Below are positions 1 to 9,774 of a stretch of DNA of 64,000 bases, one piece after another. Within the stretch, counting starts at the first letter, position 1. Every line of letters begins with the position of its first letter. Position numbers and translations under genes: made by a program. The DNA lies in the NCBI GenBank assembly GCA_964578625.1, contig CAZODQ010000001.1, positions 23,401-87,400 on the forward strand. Reading direction: 5' to 3'. Source of the stretch: an uncultured Actinomycetota bacterium. GTDB lineage: Bacteria; Actinomycetota; Humimicrobiia; Humimicrobiales; Humimicrobiaceae. A model generated the notes under the pieces. That model was given only the letters and a program-made list of their open reading frames with translations, had not been told where the DNA came from and searched no databases.

Positions 1-77
1 AATTTAGCAATTATTTTAATATAAAATCTAAAATATAAAAAACAAAAACCTTTCTAAATAATCACACTCCAGCTTGA

Positions 78-872
78 TCATAAAAATATGCTTTTTATCA
101 CAGCAATAAAAAACCTGAATCCAAGAAGCAGTAACAGCAGCGGCATAAGAACGACCTTCCAGCTATTTTTATAATTCTTCCAGAAAAAGTAAAATACACT
201 TCTCTGCATCCTAAAACTTGCTTTGATCTTCCTTCCTCCGCTGCTCCCTCCTATATGATGCATTACTTCGGAATGCGGGCAGTAATATACCTTCCAGTTC
301 TTCTGCCACATCCTGTAGCAGATATCCAGATCCTCAACATACATAAAATAATTCTCATCGAGAAAGCCGGATTCTTCCAAAGCTTTTCTCCTGACAATCA
401 TACAGGAGCCGGAAACCCAGTCAACTTCAAAAGGACTGTCCTTTTTCGTATCGGCAAGTTTATACTTTCTTGAAAAAGGGTTATGAGGAAAGATATTCGT
501 AAGTACAGTATGAGCTGCAGCATCAAACGCAGAAGGAAATCTTCTGCAGGATAGCTGAATGGTCCCATCTGTGTTTATTATTTTAGGTCCCGCTATTCCC
601 ACTTCGGGATTCTTTTCCATAAATTCCGTTAAATTGTCCAGTGATTTTTTAAAAACGCGGCAATCACTGTTCATCAGAATTATATATTTTGAATCTGACC
701 TCTCAATAGCCCTGTTATTAGCTGCAGCAAAACCAATATTTTTATCATTTGAGATCACTGTCACTTCCGGGTAATTCTCTTTTACAAATTCAACAGTACC
801 GTCGCTGGAAGCATTGTCGACCACTATGATCCCGTAATCCTTTCCAGGCGGGTTTGCCGATATAGAATCCAA
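78..872 (-). CDS. Glycosyltransferase family 2; true start probably upstream (open frame continues to ~974 with no ATG)
   Basis: GT2 motifs seen (GIIVVDNASSDGT, NIGFAAANN, acidic ED near YVEDLDICYR). The frame upstream of the first listed start (TTG at 870-872) stays open to a TAA at 975-977 and encodes ...KKIRDLTISIVSHNSLSFLKECLDSI..., the usual GT2 N-terminal strand. The annotated start is therefore too short and a non-ATG start is likely. Confidence 0.75.
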   Translation of the reverse strand: MDSISANPPGKDYGIIVVDNASSDGTVEFVKENYPEVTVISNDKNIGFAAANNRAIERSDSKYIILMNSDCRVFKKSLDNLTEFMEKNPEVGIAGPKIINTDGTIQLSCRRFPSAFDAAAHTVLTNIFPHNPFSRKYKLADTKKDSPFEVDWVSGSCMIVRRKALEESGFLDENYFMYVEDLDICYRMWQKNWKVYYCPHSEVMHHIGGSSGGRKIKASFRMQRSVFYFFWKNYKNSWKVVLMPLLLLLLGFRFFIAVIKSIFL

Positions 873-1300
873 ACACTCTTTTAAAAAAGACAGGCTATTA
901 TGGCTGACTATACTTATTGTTAAATCTCTAATTTTCTTTACCCTTCTTAAAATCCGGTATCTCTTTAATTTAAATTATACATCTATTAAACTATTTGGAG
1001 ATACTATAAATTATATTATTTTAATATTATATTTAAAAATAATAAAATAAAGGCTCATAAGCTATTAGTAATTGATTTATTTTATGCCTAAAAAACAAAA
1101 CTCTTATCACTATTTTATTTAGGGGCAAGCCTTTAAACATAGATTACCAGACAGGGAGATTTAATCAATCTTATGGTAAATACAGGTATAAGCACAGGTA
1201 TACATCTTTATTACATAGTAAGGTAAATGGGGTACCGGTTAATCCCAGAACATTTTTACCTTAGAATAACTTACCCTCGTATTCAAAATAATATTTTTTA

Positions 1301-1331
1301 TTGACAGGGCAGTAAAAAGTCCAACATAATA
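1301..1331 (+). promoter_or_regulatory. Candidate sigma70-like promoter (TTGACA, ~18 bp spacer, CATAAT) about 90 nt upstream of the 1420 CDS
   Basis: TTGACA at 1301-1306 and CATAAT at 1325-1330 read directly from the sequence. The region is AT-rich, so chance matches are common. Confidence 0.2.
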
Positions 1332-1419
1332 ATGAAAAAGGAAAAAAGTTTATATAGGATTTGTATATCTGTTTATCCAAAGGAAAAAATAAACAACCAG
1401 TGAAAGAAGAAATTAAGAT

Positions 1420-1887
1420 ATGATTACTCTAAAAGATTCAATAGAAATAAAAACAACACCTGATAAGATTTTTAATTGGTTTAAAAATCTCGATAAAAAT
1501 TTTACAAAGTGGCATCCAAATCATAAGAAATTCATAAAAATAACTGGAGGCTTGGATGAAGAAGACATTGTTTACTTTGAGGAATGTGTTGATGAGAAGT
1601 GGTTCAAAATCAAATGTAAAATTACTAATATAGAAAAAAAGAATCGGAGTTGGAGGGCTGATTTTGAATCCGTACATTGGCTTGGTCGAATTATTGGGAC
1701 ACGAATATCATTCATCGGGAAAGCCAAAGGAGACATTTGTATTTTTACCCATATTGAAAGTTTTGGATTTAGAGCAAATATTATCTCAAACTTAATTTTA
1801 AAACTGCTTAAATCCTGGTTTCCTTTAATTAAAAAGGATATGGAAGAAGATAACTTAAATTTAAAAAGGATATTAGAAATTGGTTAA
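1420..1887 (+). CDS. SRPBCC (polyketide cyclase/START-like) family protein
   Basis: 155 aa. The N-terminal pattern IEIKTTPDKIFNWFKNLDKNFTKWHP resembles the Polyketide_cyc2/SRPBCC N-terminal signature, and the size fits. Confidence 0.45.
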   Translation: MITLKDSIEIKTTPDKIFNWFKNLDKNFTKWHPNHKKFIKITGGLDEEDIVYFEECVDEKWFKIKCKITNIEKKNRSWRADFESVHWLGRIIGTRISFIGKAKGDICIFTHIESFGFRANIISNLILKLLKSWFPLIKKDMEEDNLNLKRILEIG

Positions 1888-1986
1888 TAGGGAGACAAAA
1901 CACCACATCATTTTTTAGTGCAGTACTATATTCTGGTAACATTTTATAGTCTTTAGATATAGTTTTTATTTCAAGGGAGGAAGATT

Positions 1987-2598
1987 TTGAAGATCAAGGA
2001 AATCAAAATTGTAAAGTCTGTTTTAAGTAAAGAAATCGGGTGGTTATGGCTTATCCTCTTAACCAGATGCTTGATCAGAAAAAATGCAGTATTTAAAAAA
2101 ACTCACTGGGCAAAAATTAAGAATACCGAAACAGAGCTCTTCAAACGCCTTTCTCTTGTTGCCGCTTCATATATGGGACTTCAGGCAAAATTTGGTAAAG
2201 AAAAGGCTTTCAAGATAATGAGAAAAATAATTGTTCCTATTGGCTGTAATGAACCGATGATACTTCTACAATCCTTAAAGACCTCCGGGAAGAAACCCAT
2301 GGAGTTACTTATAAATTACCTTGATTTAGTGGATAAAAAGGGGATGGGTCGATTTTGCAACAGGAAATATAAAAATCGGAATAATAACATCTGCCATCGT
2401 ATAGTCACTAAATGTCCATTCCATGGTTTCTTTACCGAGACAGGAACTCCAGAATTAACCAGATTATTCTGCGAGGTAGATAAAGAATTTTATTCAAAAG
2501 CTTTCCCGGATCTTAAATTTCACCGTGGTAGCTCGTGGGAAAATACCATTGCCTATGGCAAAGGTCATTGTGATTTTATATTTGAAAAGAAAAAATAA
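1987..2598 (+). CDS. ATC-hydrolase-like (PF14196-like) protein; TTG start
   Basis: 203 aa. The Cys-containing C-terminal region (CHRIVTKCPFHG...FCEVD...GKGHCDF) is reminiscent of the L-2-amino-thiazoline-4-carboxylate hydrolase family. Position 1987-1989 is TTG. The assignment is weak. Confidence 0.3.
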   Translation: MKIKEIKIVKSVLSKEIGWLWLILLTRCLIRKNAVFKKTHWAKIKNTETELFKRLSLVAASYMGLQAKFGKEKAFKIMRKIIVPIGCNEPMILLQSLKTSGKKPMELLINYLDLVDKKGMGRFCNRKYKNRNNNICHRIVTKCPFHGFFTETGTPELTRLFCEVDKEFYSKAFPDLKFHRGSSWENTIAYGKGHCDFIFEKKK

Positions 2599-2667
2599 TT
2601 ATATATTCCAACAAACCTTAATATTAAAAACGCTATTAATTATATAAATATATATTATGTAAAAATC

Positions 2668-3480
2668 TTAAGATTTTAATACTCTGCTGACACCCGACAT
2701 GAAACTCTCTACCTTCTTAATACCCTTTTTTAAATCATCCGTCTCGAGCAGTAAGGACAAGATCTTGCTTCCTATTATGATACCATCGCAGTAGTCCTTA
2801 ATACGGATTATCTGTTCCCTATTGGAAAGACCGAATCCCAACGCAAGCGGAAGACTGGTTATTTTTCTTAAACTGCGAAGGAAAGTCCTTACTTCCGGAT
2901 TTACACTATCTCTTACACCGGTGACTCCTTTTACTGAAACGCAATATACGAATCCTCTGCCTTCTTTTGCGATGATAGATAACCTTTTTTGTGTGGAAGT
3001 CAGAGAAGCAAACATAATATTATCTATATTAGTATTATTAAAATAACTCCTGTAACTTTTGAATTCTTCCAGAGGCAGGTCCGGGATTATGAGGCCGTTT
3101 ACACCTGCATCCTCGGCTTTTTTTAAAAATCTGTTAAAACCATAATGGTAAACAGTATTAAAATAAGTCATGACAGCTATAGGTGTATCACTCCTTTTCC
3201 TTATCTTAAGTATTGAACTAAAAACAATATCAGTATTTATTCCATTTTCCAGGGCAATCTTCGAGGTAGCCTGAATGACTGAGCCGTCAGCCAGCGGATC
3301 CGAAAATGGGATGCCTACTTCGATTATATCTGCTCCATTTCTATCCAGAGTATCAAATAGAGTAAAAAAGCCGTCAAGACTGGGAAATCCGCAGGTTAAA
3401 AATGGGATAAACGCTTTTTGGTTATTTTCCCTTAATCCCTTAAAAACTCCACCTATGTTTCTGCTTTTAAAGTCATTCAC
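2668..3480 (-). CDS. trpA: Tryptophan synthase alpha subunit
   Basis: 270 aa. Shows a TrpA-like pattern (IPFLTCGFPS...GADIIEVGIPFSDPLADGSVIQ) and is the last gene of the trp operon. Confidence 0.93.
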   Translation of the reverse strand: MNDFKSRNIGGVFKGLRENNQKAFIPFLTCGFPSLDGFFTLFDTLDRNGADIIEVGIPFSDPLADGSVIQATSKIALENGINTDIVFSSILKIRKRSDTPIAVMTYFNTVYHYGFNRFLKKAEDAGVNGLIIPDLPLEEFKSYRSYFNNTNIDNIMFASLTSTQKRLSIIAKEGRGFVYCVSVKGVTGVRDSVNPEVRTFLRSLRKITSLPLALGFGLSNREQIIRIKDYCDGIIIGSKILSLLLETDDLKKGIKKVESFMSGVSRVLKS

Positions 3481-3500
3481 TGATCTTCTCCAATTACCTC

Positions 3501-4724
3501 TTACTTATTATCAATATCCTTATCCCCCCGCCCCGACAGATTGACAATGATCACTTTATTACTGTCCAAGGTCGGGGCAAGCTTTGCAGCATAAGCCAGG
3601 GCATGAGCACTTTCATATGCCGGAATTATCCCTTCACATACCGATAATACCTTAAATGCCTCCAGAGCTTCTCTGTCCGATACATGCTCATACTTGACTA
3701 TTTTATTTTCCTTAAAATATGCATGTTCCGGACCGACTCCGGGATAATCAAGCCCTGCAGATACAGAGTATGCTTCCTCTATCTGGCCGTAATCATCCTG
3801 CAGCACATAGCTAAAAGCACCGTGAAAAACACCTTTTTCCCCACAACATAAAGTCGCCCCGTGCTTCTTACTACTGATACCCTTACCTCCTGCTTCTACT
3901 CCTATAAGTTTTACCGAATCTATGTCTTTTAAAAATGGGTAAAATATCCCGATTGAATTGCTCCCTCCGCCGACACAGGCTATGATATAATCAGGAAGTC
4001 TTCCTTCTATATTTAATATCTGCCTTTTAGTCTCCTTACCTATAACTACCTGGAAGTCCCTTACCATGGTTGGATAGGGATGGGGGCCCACCACCGAACC
4101 TAAAACATAATAAGTATCATCCACTCTCGAGACCCAGTAGCGAAGAGCCTCGTTTACTGCATCTTTTAGTGTCTTACTTCCTGATGAGACTTCTATTACC
4201 TCTGCATTCATAAGTTTCATTCTGTAAACATTGGATGACTGCCTCTTGATATCCTTGCTTCCCATAAAAATCTTACAATCCATATTAAACAGCGCTGCTG
4301 CTGCAGCAGTAGCAACACCATGCTGCCCTGCACCGGTCTCCGCTATTATAAACTTCTTCCCCATTTTTTTGGCAAGCAGTACCTGACCTATGGTATTATT
4401 GATCTTATGAGCACCGAGATGACAGAGATCTTCTCTCTTTAAATATATCTTTGCTTTACCCAATCTGTGTGAAAGTCTTTCAGCATAGTACAGGGGTGTC
4501 GGCCTCCCGGCATAATTTTTTAAATAAAATGAAAGTTCTTTTTTAAAACTTTTATCCTTTTTAAACTTAAAGTAACTCTTCTCCAGCTCATCCAATGCGT
4601 TTATTAGTATTTCTGGAACATATCTTCCGCCATAAATTCCGAAATATCCATCCCTGTGACTCTTATAGTTCTTCTGTTTAAAAATACCGCTTGCTTTCTT
4701 TAGTCTTTTTTTATCTTTCTTCAT
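3501..4724 (-). CDS. trpB: Tryptophan synthase beta subunit
   Basis: 407 aa. PLP-lysine motif HLGAHKINN, the [10 protein letters not shown] glycine loop and a GGGSNS-type motif are present. Confidence 0.95.
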   Translation of the reverse strand: MKKDKKRLKKASGIFKQKNYKSHRDGYFGIYGGRYVPEILINALDELEKSYFKFKKDKSFKKELSFYLKNYAGRPTPLYYAERLSHRLGKAKIYLKREDLCHLGAHKINNTIGQVLLAKKMGKKFIIAETGAGQHGVATAAAAALFNMDCKIFMGSKDIKRQSSNVYRMKLMNAEVIEVSSGSKTLKDAVNEALRYWVSRVDDTYYVLGSVVGPHPYPTMVRDFQVVIGKETKRQILNIEGRLPDYIIACVGGGSNSIGIFYPFLKDIDSVKLIGVEAGGKGISSKKHGATLCCGEKGVFHGAFSYVLQDDYGQIEEAYSVSAGLDYPGVGPEHAYFKENKIVKYEHVSDREALEAFKVLSVCEGIIPAYESAHALAYAAKLAPTLDSNKVIIVNLSGRGDKDIDNK

Positions 4725-4744
4725 CTACTGTCAATCTCCATTAA

Positions 4745-5422
4745 CTACCTTAAGGCATTAATAAATCTACTGACTTTGTATACATCCTTTTTACCTGGAT
4801 AAGTCTCTAATTTAGACGAGGCATCGACACCGAAAGGTTTCACTATGTTTACAGCCTGTCTCACATTTTCTGTATCAAGTCCTCCGGATAATATAATAGG
4901 AATTTCACTGAAACAATTTTTTGCAATATTCCAATCAAAAGATATCCCTGTCCCTCCATAAATATTTTCACTGTAGCTATCCAGCAGAATAAAATCTATA
5001 TGCTCTTTTATTTTCTTTATCTCTTTGCTCAGCCCGCCTTTATAAGACTGGCCTCCGCCTTTAATCCTTATAGACTTTATGATCTTTATACCTCTGCGCC
5101 TATCATTCAAATCTTTTAAAAAATGTATATCCTCATCTCCGGAAAGCTGAATGTAATCAAGCTTTAGGTATTCAGAATCCTTAATGACTTTTGAAATCTT
5201 CTCATTTACAAATACGCCCACCATTGAAATCTTTTTATTTTGCTTATTTCTAACAGCTTCAATTATTTTTTTCGCTTTAGAAGCATTTACTTTTCTGGGA
5301 CTGTTGGTAGACAGTATGAAACCCATTGCATCTATATTTAACTTGGATATTTTTTCTGCATCTTCTAAATTAGTGATCCCGCATATTTTTATCCAAACCA
5401 TATTTAAGTTCACCTTATCCAT
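4745..5422 (-). CDS. trpF: Phosphoribosylanthranilate isomerase
   Basis: 225 aa. N-terminus VWIKICGITNLEDA and the IDAMGFIL pattern are typical of PRAI. It lies between trpC and trpB. Confidence 0.85.
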   Translation of the reverse strand: MDKVNLNMVWIKICGITNLEDAEKISKLNIDAMGFILSTNSPRKVNASKAKKIIEAVRNKQNKKISMVGVFVNEKISKVIKDSEYLKLDYIQLSGDEDIHFLKDLNDRRRGIKIIKSIRIKGGGQSYKGGLSKEIKKIKEHIDFILLDSYSENIYGGTGISFDWNIAKNCFSEIPIILSGGLDTENVRQAVNIVKPFGVDASSKLETYPGKKDVYKVSRFINALR

Positions 5423-5457
5423 ATTTATATTCTGTCTTTTAGGACTTCTTTTTTTCT

Positions 5458-6270
5458 TTATATCAATTTTTTATCTCTAAGCTCAAGTTCCATACTCTCA
5501 AGGGTCTTCTTAAGATTTTCACTGGCCATAAAGTATCCACCGATTAGAAAAGTATTCAGACCGCTTGAAAATAGATCTTTAATATATTCAGTATCTTCTA
5601 TTCCACTCTCACAAACAAAAACCTTATCTTTTAAATCCTCTTTTTGCATGTAATCTAAAAAATTGTAAATATTTGTACCATCAACACTCATGTCTTTCAA
5701 ATTACGGTTATTTATACCTATAAATCGTGTACCGGTATCCAGTGCTTTATCTAAATCTTTTATGTTGTGTATCTCAACCAGTACATCCAATCCAAGACTT
5801 ACAGCTAAATCGTAAAGTTTTTTTAACTTCCTCCCCGCTAAAAGTGAGCTGATAAGCAGAATGCAATCAACTCCAAGAGCAGCGCTTTCATAAATCTGTA
5901 TATCACTGAAGATAAAATCTTTTCTCAATACCGGCATATCTGAATTTTCCTTAGCTATCTTTACGTCCTCCGGTTTACCCTTAAAATATAATGACTCTGT
6001 TAGGACAGAAATACCACAAATAAAACTTCTAAACTTATTATAGGTGAGCACAGTCTCTTTGATATCAAGTTGTTTGTTTATAATTCCTTTTGAAGGAGAG
6101 GCTTTTTTAATCTCCGCAATTACATTTATTTTTCCATTTCCGATATTTTTAAAGAAACTCCTCTTATCTCTTACTGTTTCTTTTAGAACAGATTTTATCA
6201 AACTTGAATTTTCTTCTATCTTTTTTATTTCTTCTTTTTTTGAGATTAAAATCTCTTTTATATACTTCAA
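5458..6270 (-). CDS. trpC: Indole-3-glycerol phosphate synthase
   Basis: 270 aa. IAEIKKASPSKG motif and IGINNRNL-type motif of IGPS. Confidence 0.9.
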   Translation of the reverse strand: MKYIKEILISKKEEIKKIEENSSLIKSVLKETVRDKRSFFKNIGNGKINVIAEIKKASPSKGIINKQLDIKETVLTYNKFRSFICGISVLTESLYFKGKPEDVKIAKENSDMPVLRKDFIFSDIQIYESAALGVDCILLISSLLAGRKLKKLYDLAVSLGLDVLVEIHNIKDLDKALDTGTRFIGINNRNLKDMSVDGTNIYNFLDYMQKEDLKDKVFVCESGIEDTEYIKDLFSSGLNTFLIGGYFMASENLKKTLESMELELRDKKLI

Positions 6271-6279
6271 AATTATCCA

Positions 6280-7311
6280 CTACCTTTTCATGCATGTAAA
6301 TTCTATCAATTTTTCCAATTTCTCATATGCTTTTCCACTTTCAATAGAGCTGCAGGCTAGATCCACTGCTTCAGACAATGAGTCGGCTTTTTTCCCTGCA
6401 ACTATAGCAGCTGCCGCATTGATGACAGCAGAATCTTTTTTAGCACCTTTATCGGCTCCGGTAAGGATGTCGATTAAAATTCTGGCATTTACCTTTGCAT
6501 CTCCACCAATAAGATCTGCAATATTTGATCTTTTAAAGCCGAGTTCTTCAGGATCAAAGATATATTTACTGACTTTTCCGTCTCTAAGTTCGGCAACTGA
6601 ACTTTTACCTGAAACAGAAAGTTCATCAAGTCCCTCTTCACTGTTCACCACAAATGCCCTATCCACGCCTAAATTCTTCAGGGTATTTATCATGATATCC
6701 GCTAAACTATTATCAAATATACCCAGGATACGGCCGTTTGCCATTGCCGGATTGGTAATAGGACCTAAAATATTAAAAACGGTTCTTATACCCATATCTT
6801 TTCTTGCCTTTGCTACATGCTTCATAGCCGTATGTGCTTTAGGAGCAAAAATAAAACCTATGCCTACTTCATCCAGACAACTTGAAACTTCGCTGCATTC
6901 AAGATTTATATTTACCCCCAGTTCTTCCAAAACATCAGCACTTCCACTTCTGCTGGATACACTTCTATTGCCATGTTTCGCAACCGGCACACCAGCCCCA
7001 GCAGCTATAAATGCAGCAGTAGTGGAAATATTAAAGGTATTTAAGCCGTCACCACCGGTTCCGCAGGTATCCACTATATTTTTATATTTACTTTTTACTT
7101 TTACAGCTTTATCCAGCATGGCTCTGGAAAAGCCGCTCACTTCATCAGTTGTTTCACCTTTCATTTTCAATGCGACAAGAAAAGCTGCGATTTGACAGTC
7201 ATTAGCATTCCCTTCCATTATAAACTGCATTGCCTTATATGCTTCATCCTGGCTTAGACTTATTCCATTTAAAACCTTCTCTAAAAAATTCTTCATCTTA
7301 TACACCTCCAT
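6280..7311 (-). CDS. trpD: Anthranilate phosphoribosyltransferase
   Basis: 343 aa. GTGGDG motif, KHGNRSVSS...GSADVLE. Confidence 0.93.
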   Translation of the reverse strand: MEVYKMKNFLEKVLNGISLSQDEAYKAMQFIMEGNANDCQIAAFLVALKMKGETTDEVSGFSRAMLDKAVKVKSKYKNIVDTCGTGGDGLNTFNISTTAAFIAAGAGVPVAKHGNRSVSSRSGSADVLEELGVNINLECSEVSSCLDEVGIGFIFAPKAHTAMKHVAKARKDMGIRTVFNILGPITNPAMANGRILGIFDNSLADIMINTLKNLGVDRAFVVNSEEGLDELSVSGKSSVAELRDGKVSKYIFDPEELGFKRSNIADLIGGDAKVNARILIDILTGADKGAKKDSAVINAAAAIVAGKKADSLSEAVDLACSSIESGKAYEKLEKLIEFTCMKR

Positions 7312-7349
7312 ACCCGATCATTACTTTTAATATATTTCCTGCAGCCGGC

Positions 7350-8852
7350 CTATTTAAATAATCCAATAGCCTTAAAAAGAGCAGCTGCCTTATTTACAGT
7401 TTCATTAAATTCGTTTTCAGGCTTGGAATCATATACTATACCGGCACCCGCCTGAATATAAGCTATACTATCTTTTATAATAGCCGTCCTGATAGTGATA
7501 CAGCTGTCAAGATTCCCATCATAACCAAAATATCCTACGGCTCCCCCATAAGGGCCCCGGCTGGTAGGCTCCAGTTCACTTATGATCTGCATTGCCCTTA
7601 TTTTTGGAGCTCCGGACAATGTACCCGCTGGAAATACACTTCTGAGAGCATCATATATTGAATTATTTTTGCTTAAAGTCCCCTCTACCTTTGATACCAG
7701 ATGCATGACATGTGAATATTTCTCCACACTCATATATTTTTTGACCTTCACGCTGCCATACCTGCATACTCTTCCAAGATCATTCCTGGAAAGATCGACC
7801 AGCATATTATGTTCGGCTTTCTCTTTCTTATCATTTAACAGGTCATTTGCCAGATCCCTGTCTTCCTTTAAAGTCCGGCCTCTTCTTCTTGTACCGGCAA
7901 TAGGACAGGTCAGTATTTTTCTGCCGTTTATCTTGATCAAAGGTTCCGGAGAAGCTCCTATGATCTTTATATTACCAAAATTGAAATAATACATATACGG
8001 CGATGGATTTATGGTTCTGAGTCCGCGGTAAATACCAAAGGGGTCGGAAAATTTATCGGTATAAAACCGCTGGGACAGTACTATCTGGAAAGCTTCCCCT
8101 TCAGTGATATATTCTTTTGCCCGTCTTACTGCCATCAGGAACTTTTCCTTTTTAAAGTTGGAATTTAAATTAAAGACTTTAAAAGACGAACTGCTGACAG
8201 CTGCAGAGTCAAAGCTGCTTTTTAAAAAATTTCCATTGGTTGCAATGATCTTCTTTTCCAAACTTTTAATTTTTTCAACCGAAATATCGTAAGTCTTCCC
8301 GGCAGAAACCCTGCTTCCAATTTTTACTGTGGAAACTATTTTCATACGGTTAAGCAGGTGATCAAAAACCACCACCAGATCTGTAAGATAAAGCATAATC
8401 TCAGGTATATGTAACTTATTTTCATAAACAGGGATTTGGTCAAAATATTTAACCAGATCATAACTCAGATAACCTACGGCACCGCCTACGAAATGGCTGA
8501 GCTCCGGATTTTTATACATATTATTTTTTTTCATGATTTTTTCTAATTCCAGAAGCGGGGTTCTCGTATTTATTTTAAATACCTTGTTTTTTCCTGTATT
8601 TAAAGTAAAAACTTCATTATCAAATTTTATTAAATTATCACATCCCACTCCGATAAAAGAATATCTTGACAGGTTTTTTGAACCCTCTATGCTTTCCAAT
8701 AAAAATCCATACCCTTCGAGCCCACCGGTCTTTACAAATATTGAGGCAGGTGTTTCTGTATCTACTATATATTCTTTATATACCGGTATTAAATTATAAT
8801 CTCCTGCAATTTTTAAATATTCGTTTTTAGACGGATAAAACATAAAACCCAC
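7350..8852 (-). CDS. trpE: Anthranilate synthase component I
   Basis: 500 aa. Chorismate-binding domain motifs (LLESIEGS, GGAVGYFGYD, TIRTA). No fused glutamine amidotransferase domain. Confidence 0.93.
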   Translation of the reverse strand: MGFMFYPSKNEYLKIAGDYNLIPVYKEYIVDTETPASIFVKTGGLEGYGFLLESIEGSKNLSRYSFIGVGCDNLIKFDNEVFTLNTGKNKVFKINTRTPLLELEKIMKKNNMYKNPELSHFVGGAVGYLSYDLVKYFDQIPVYENKLHIPEIMLYLTDLVVVFDHLLNRMKIVSTVKIGSRVSAGKTYDISVEKIKSLEKKIIATNGNFLKSSFDSAAVSSSSFKVFNLNSNFKKEKFLMAVRRAKEYITEGEAFQIVLSQRFYTDKFSDPFGIYRGLRTINPSPYMYYFNFGNIKIIGASPEPLIKINGRKILTCPIAGTRRRGRTLKEDRDLANDLLNDKKEKAEHNMLVDLSRNDLGRVCRYGSVKVKKYMSVEKYSHVMHLVSKVEGTLSKNNSIYDALRSVFPAGTLSGAPKIRAMQIISELEPTSRGPYGGAVGYFGYDGNLDSCITIRTAIIKDSIAYIQAGAGIVYDSKPENEFNETVNKAAALFKAIGLFK

Positions 8853-9318
8853 CTTTTAAATCTTTAAACCAATATTCTAACCTGCTAGTAATTGGTTTTA
8901 TCCTTTTATTAATAAAAGCATCCCCATTAAGGATCTCCTATCTTTTAGCTTTGCTTTTATGGAAATACTCTTAAATAGTCAGTTATTTATTAATGTAAAT
9001 TGAATATGTAGAAAAATTTAAATAGAAGCGAGAAATTCCCACAAGCCAAGCTTTTACAAGCTCTGCCAGCAGGAATTATCTTTTAACCAGAGTAACATGC
9101 TTATCAGCTTTTTTGTGTAATTATATTTTCGTATATTAAAAATCATAAATCCAGCTAAAATATTTACCATTAGTCCGTACTTTCAGATTTTCTATATATT
9201 AGCATATTTTTTTATCAAGTCAATGACAATGATTTAACACTTTATATAAAGCAGGGCAGTATAAAAATCTATTGAAGAATCATATATAATTTTATAACAG
9301 TCAATTTCGGCTAGTACA
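8853..9318 (-). promoter_or_regulatory. About 466-nt non-coding leader/promoter region upstream of trpE
   Basis: No ORF of 60 aa or more. It is the only long intergenic gap around the operon. No recognisable T-box core and no (G/U)AG repeat array were seen by eye, so the regulatory mechanism is unassigned. Confidence 0.3.
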
Positions 9319-9537
9319 CTATTTCTTTTTACTTTTTTCGGCAGCTTCAAGCATTTTCTTAGCAATCCTGAGCTCGGTTTTTCTTCTGGTCTCTTCAGTA
9401 TAAACCCTAAGCTCCGCTACCAACCTGTTGTACCTTGTTATAAATATTGTATCGCCTAAATTTTCCGTTAGATACTTTGTGAGGTTAACCCTCAACTCAT
9501 TAGTATCAATTCTTTTAACGTCTTCTTCGTAAGCCAT
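9319..9537 (-). CDS. Small Phd/YefM-like (type II antitoxin fold) protein
   Basis: 72 aa. IDTNELRVNLTKYLTENLGDTIFITRYNRLVAELRVYTEE matches the Phd/YefM pattern (..aR.NL..vl..v..ge.v.ITR.g.p.AVLvs.ee) and is followed by a basic tail. No adjacent toxin ORF of 60 aa or more. Confidence 0.45.
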   Translation of the reverse strand: MAYEEDVKRIDTNELRVNLTKYLTENLGDTIFITRYNRLVAELRVYTEETRRKTELRIAKKMLEAAEKSKKK

Positions 9538-9774
9538 ATCTCACTCCTTCAATACCATCAACTTTACAAAATTTTTATTATTAAATTTGTATTAGTTTCT
9601 AATAATATATTTAATAACTAATTTTTATTATTATCTCATATTTAATTAAAAATTTCTATAATAAAATGATTAAATTTTATATTTTGGATTATATTATAAA
9701 ACAAATTTAAAAATAATTAAATACTTTTTAAAAATACTTCTAAATACTTATTTGAATATTATATTTTTATTGTA

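Noticed and set aside
2599-2667. Rho-independent terminator between the convergent ATC-hydrolase-like gene and trpA
   Set aside because: The 69-nt gap is almost pure A/T with no GC-rich hairpin followed by a T-run that I could identify.
6044-7195. 383-aa ORF on the + strand
   Set aside because: It is antisense to trpC/trpD, low-complexity and Ser/Leu/Phe-rich (the typical shadow of an AT-rich coding strand), and has no motifs. The overlapping trp genes have unambiguous signatures.
7582-8799. Three + strand ORFs (135, 62, 88 aa) inside trpE
   Set aside because: Antisense shadow ORFs within a well-supported gene. No recognisable domains.
8853-9318. T-box riboswitch or TRAP-binding (G/U)AG repeat array in the trp leader
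   Set aside because: I could not find a conserved T-box core sequence or a regular run of trinucleotide repeats on the transcribed (minus) strand. Left as an unassigned leader rather than called.
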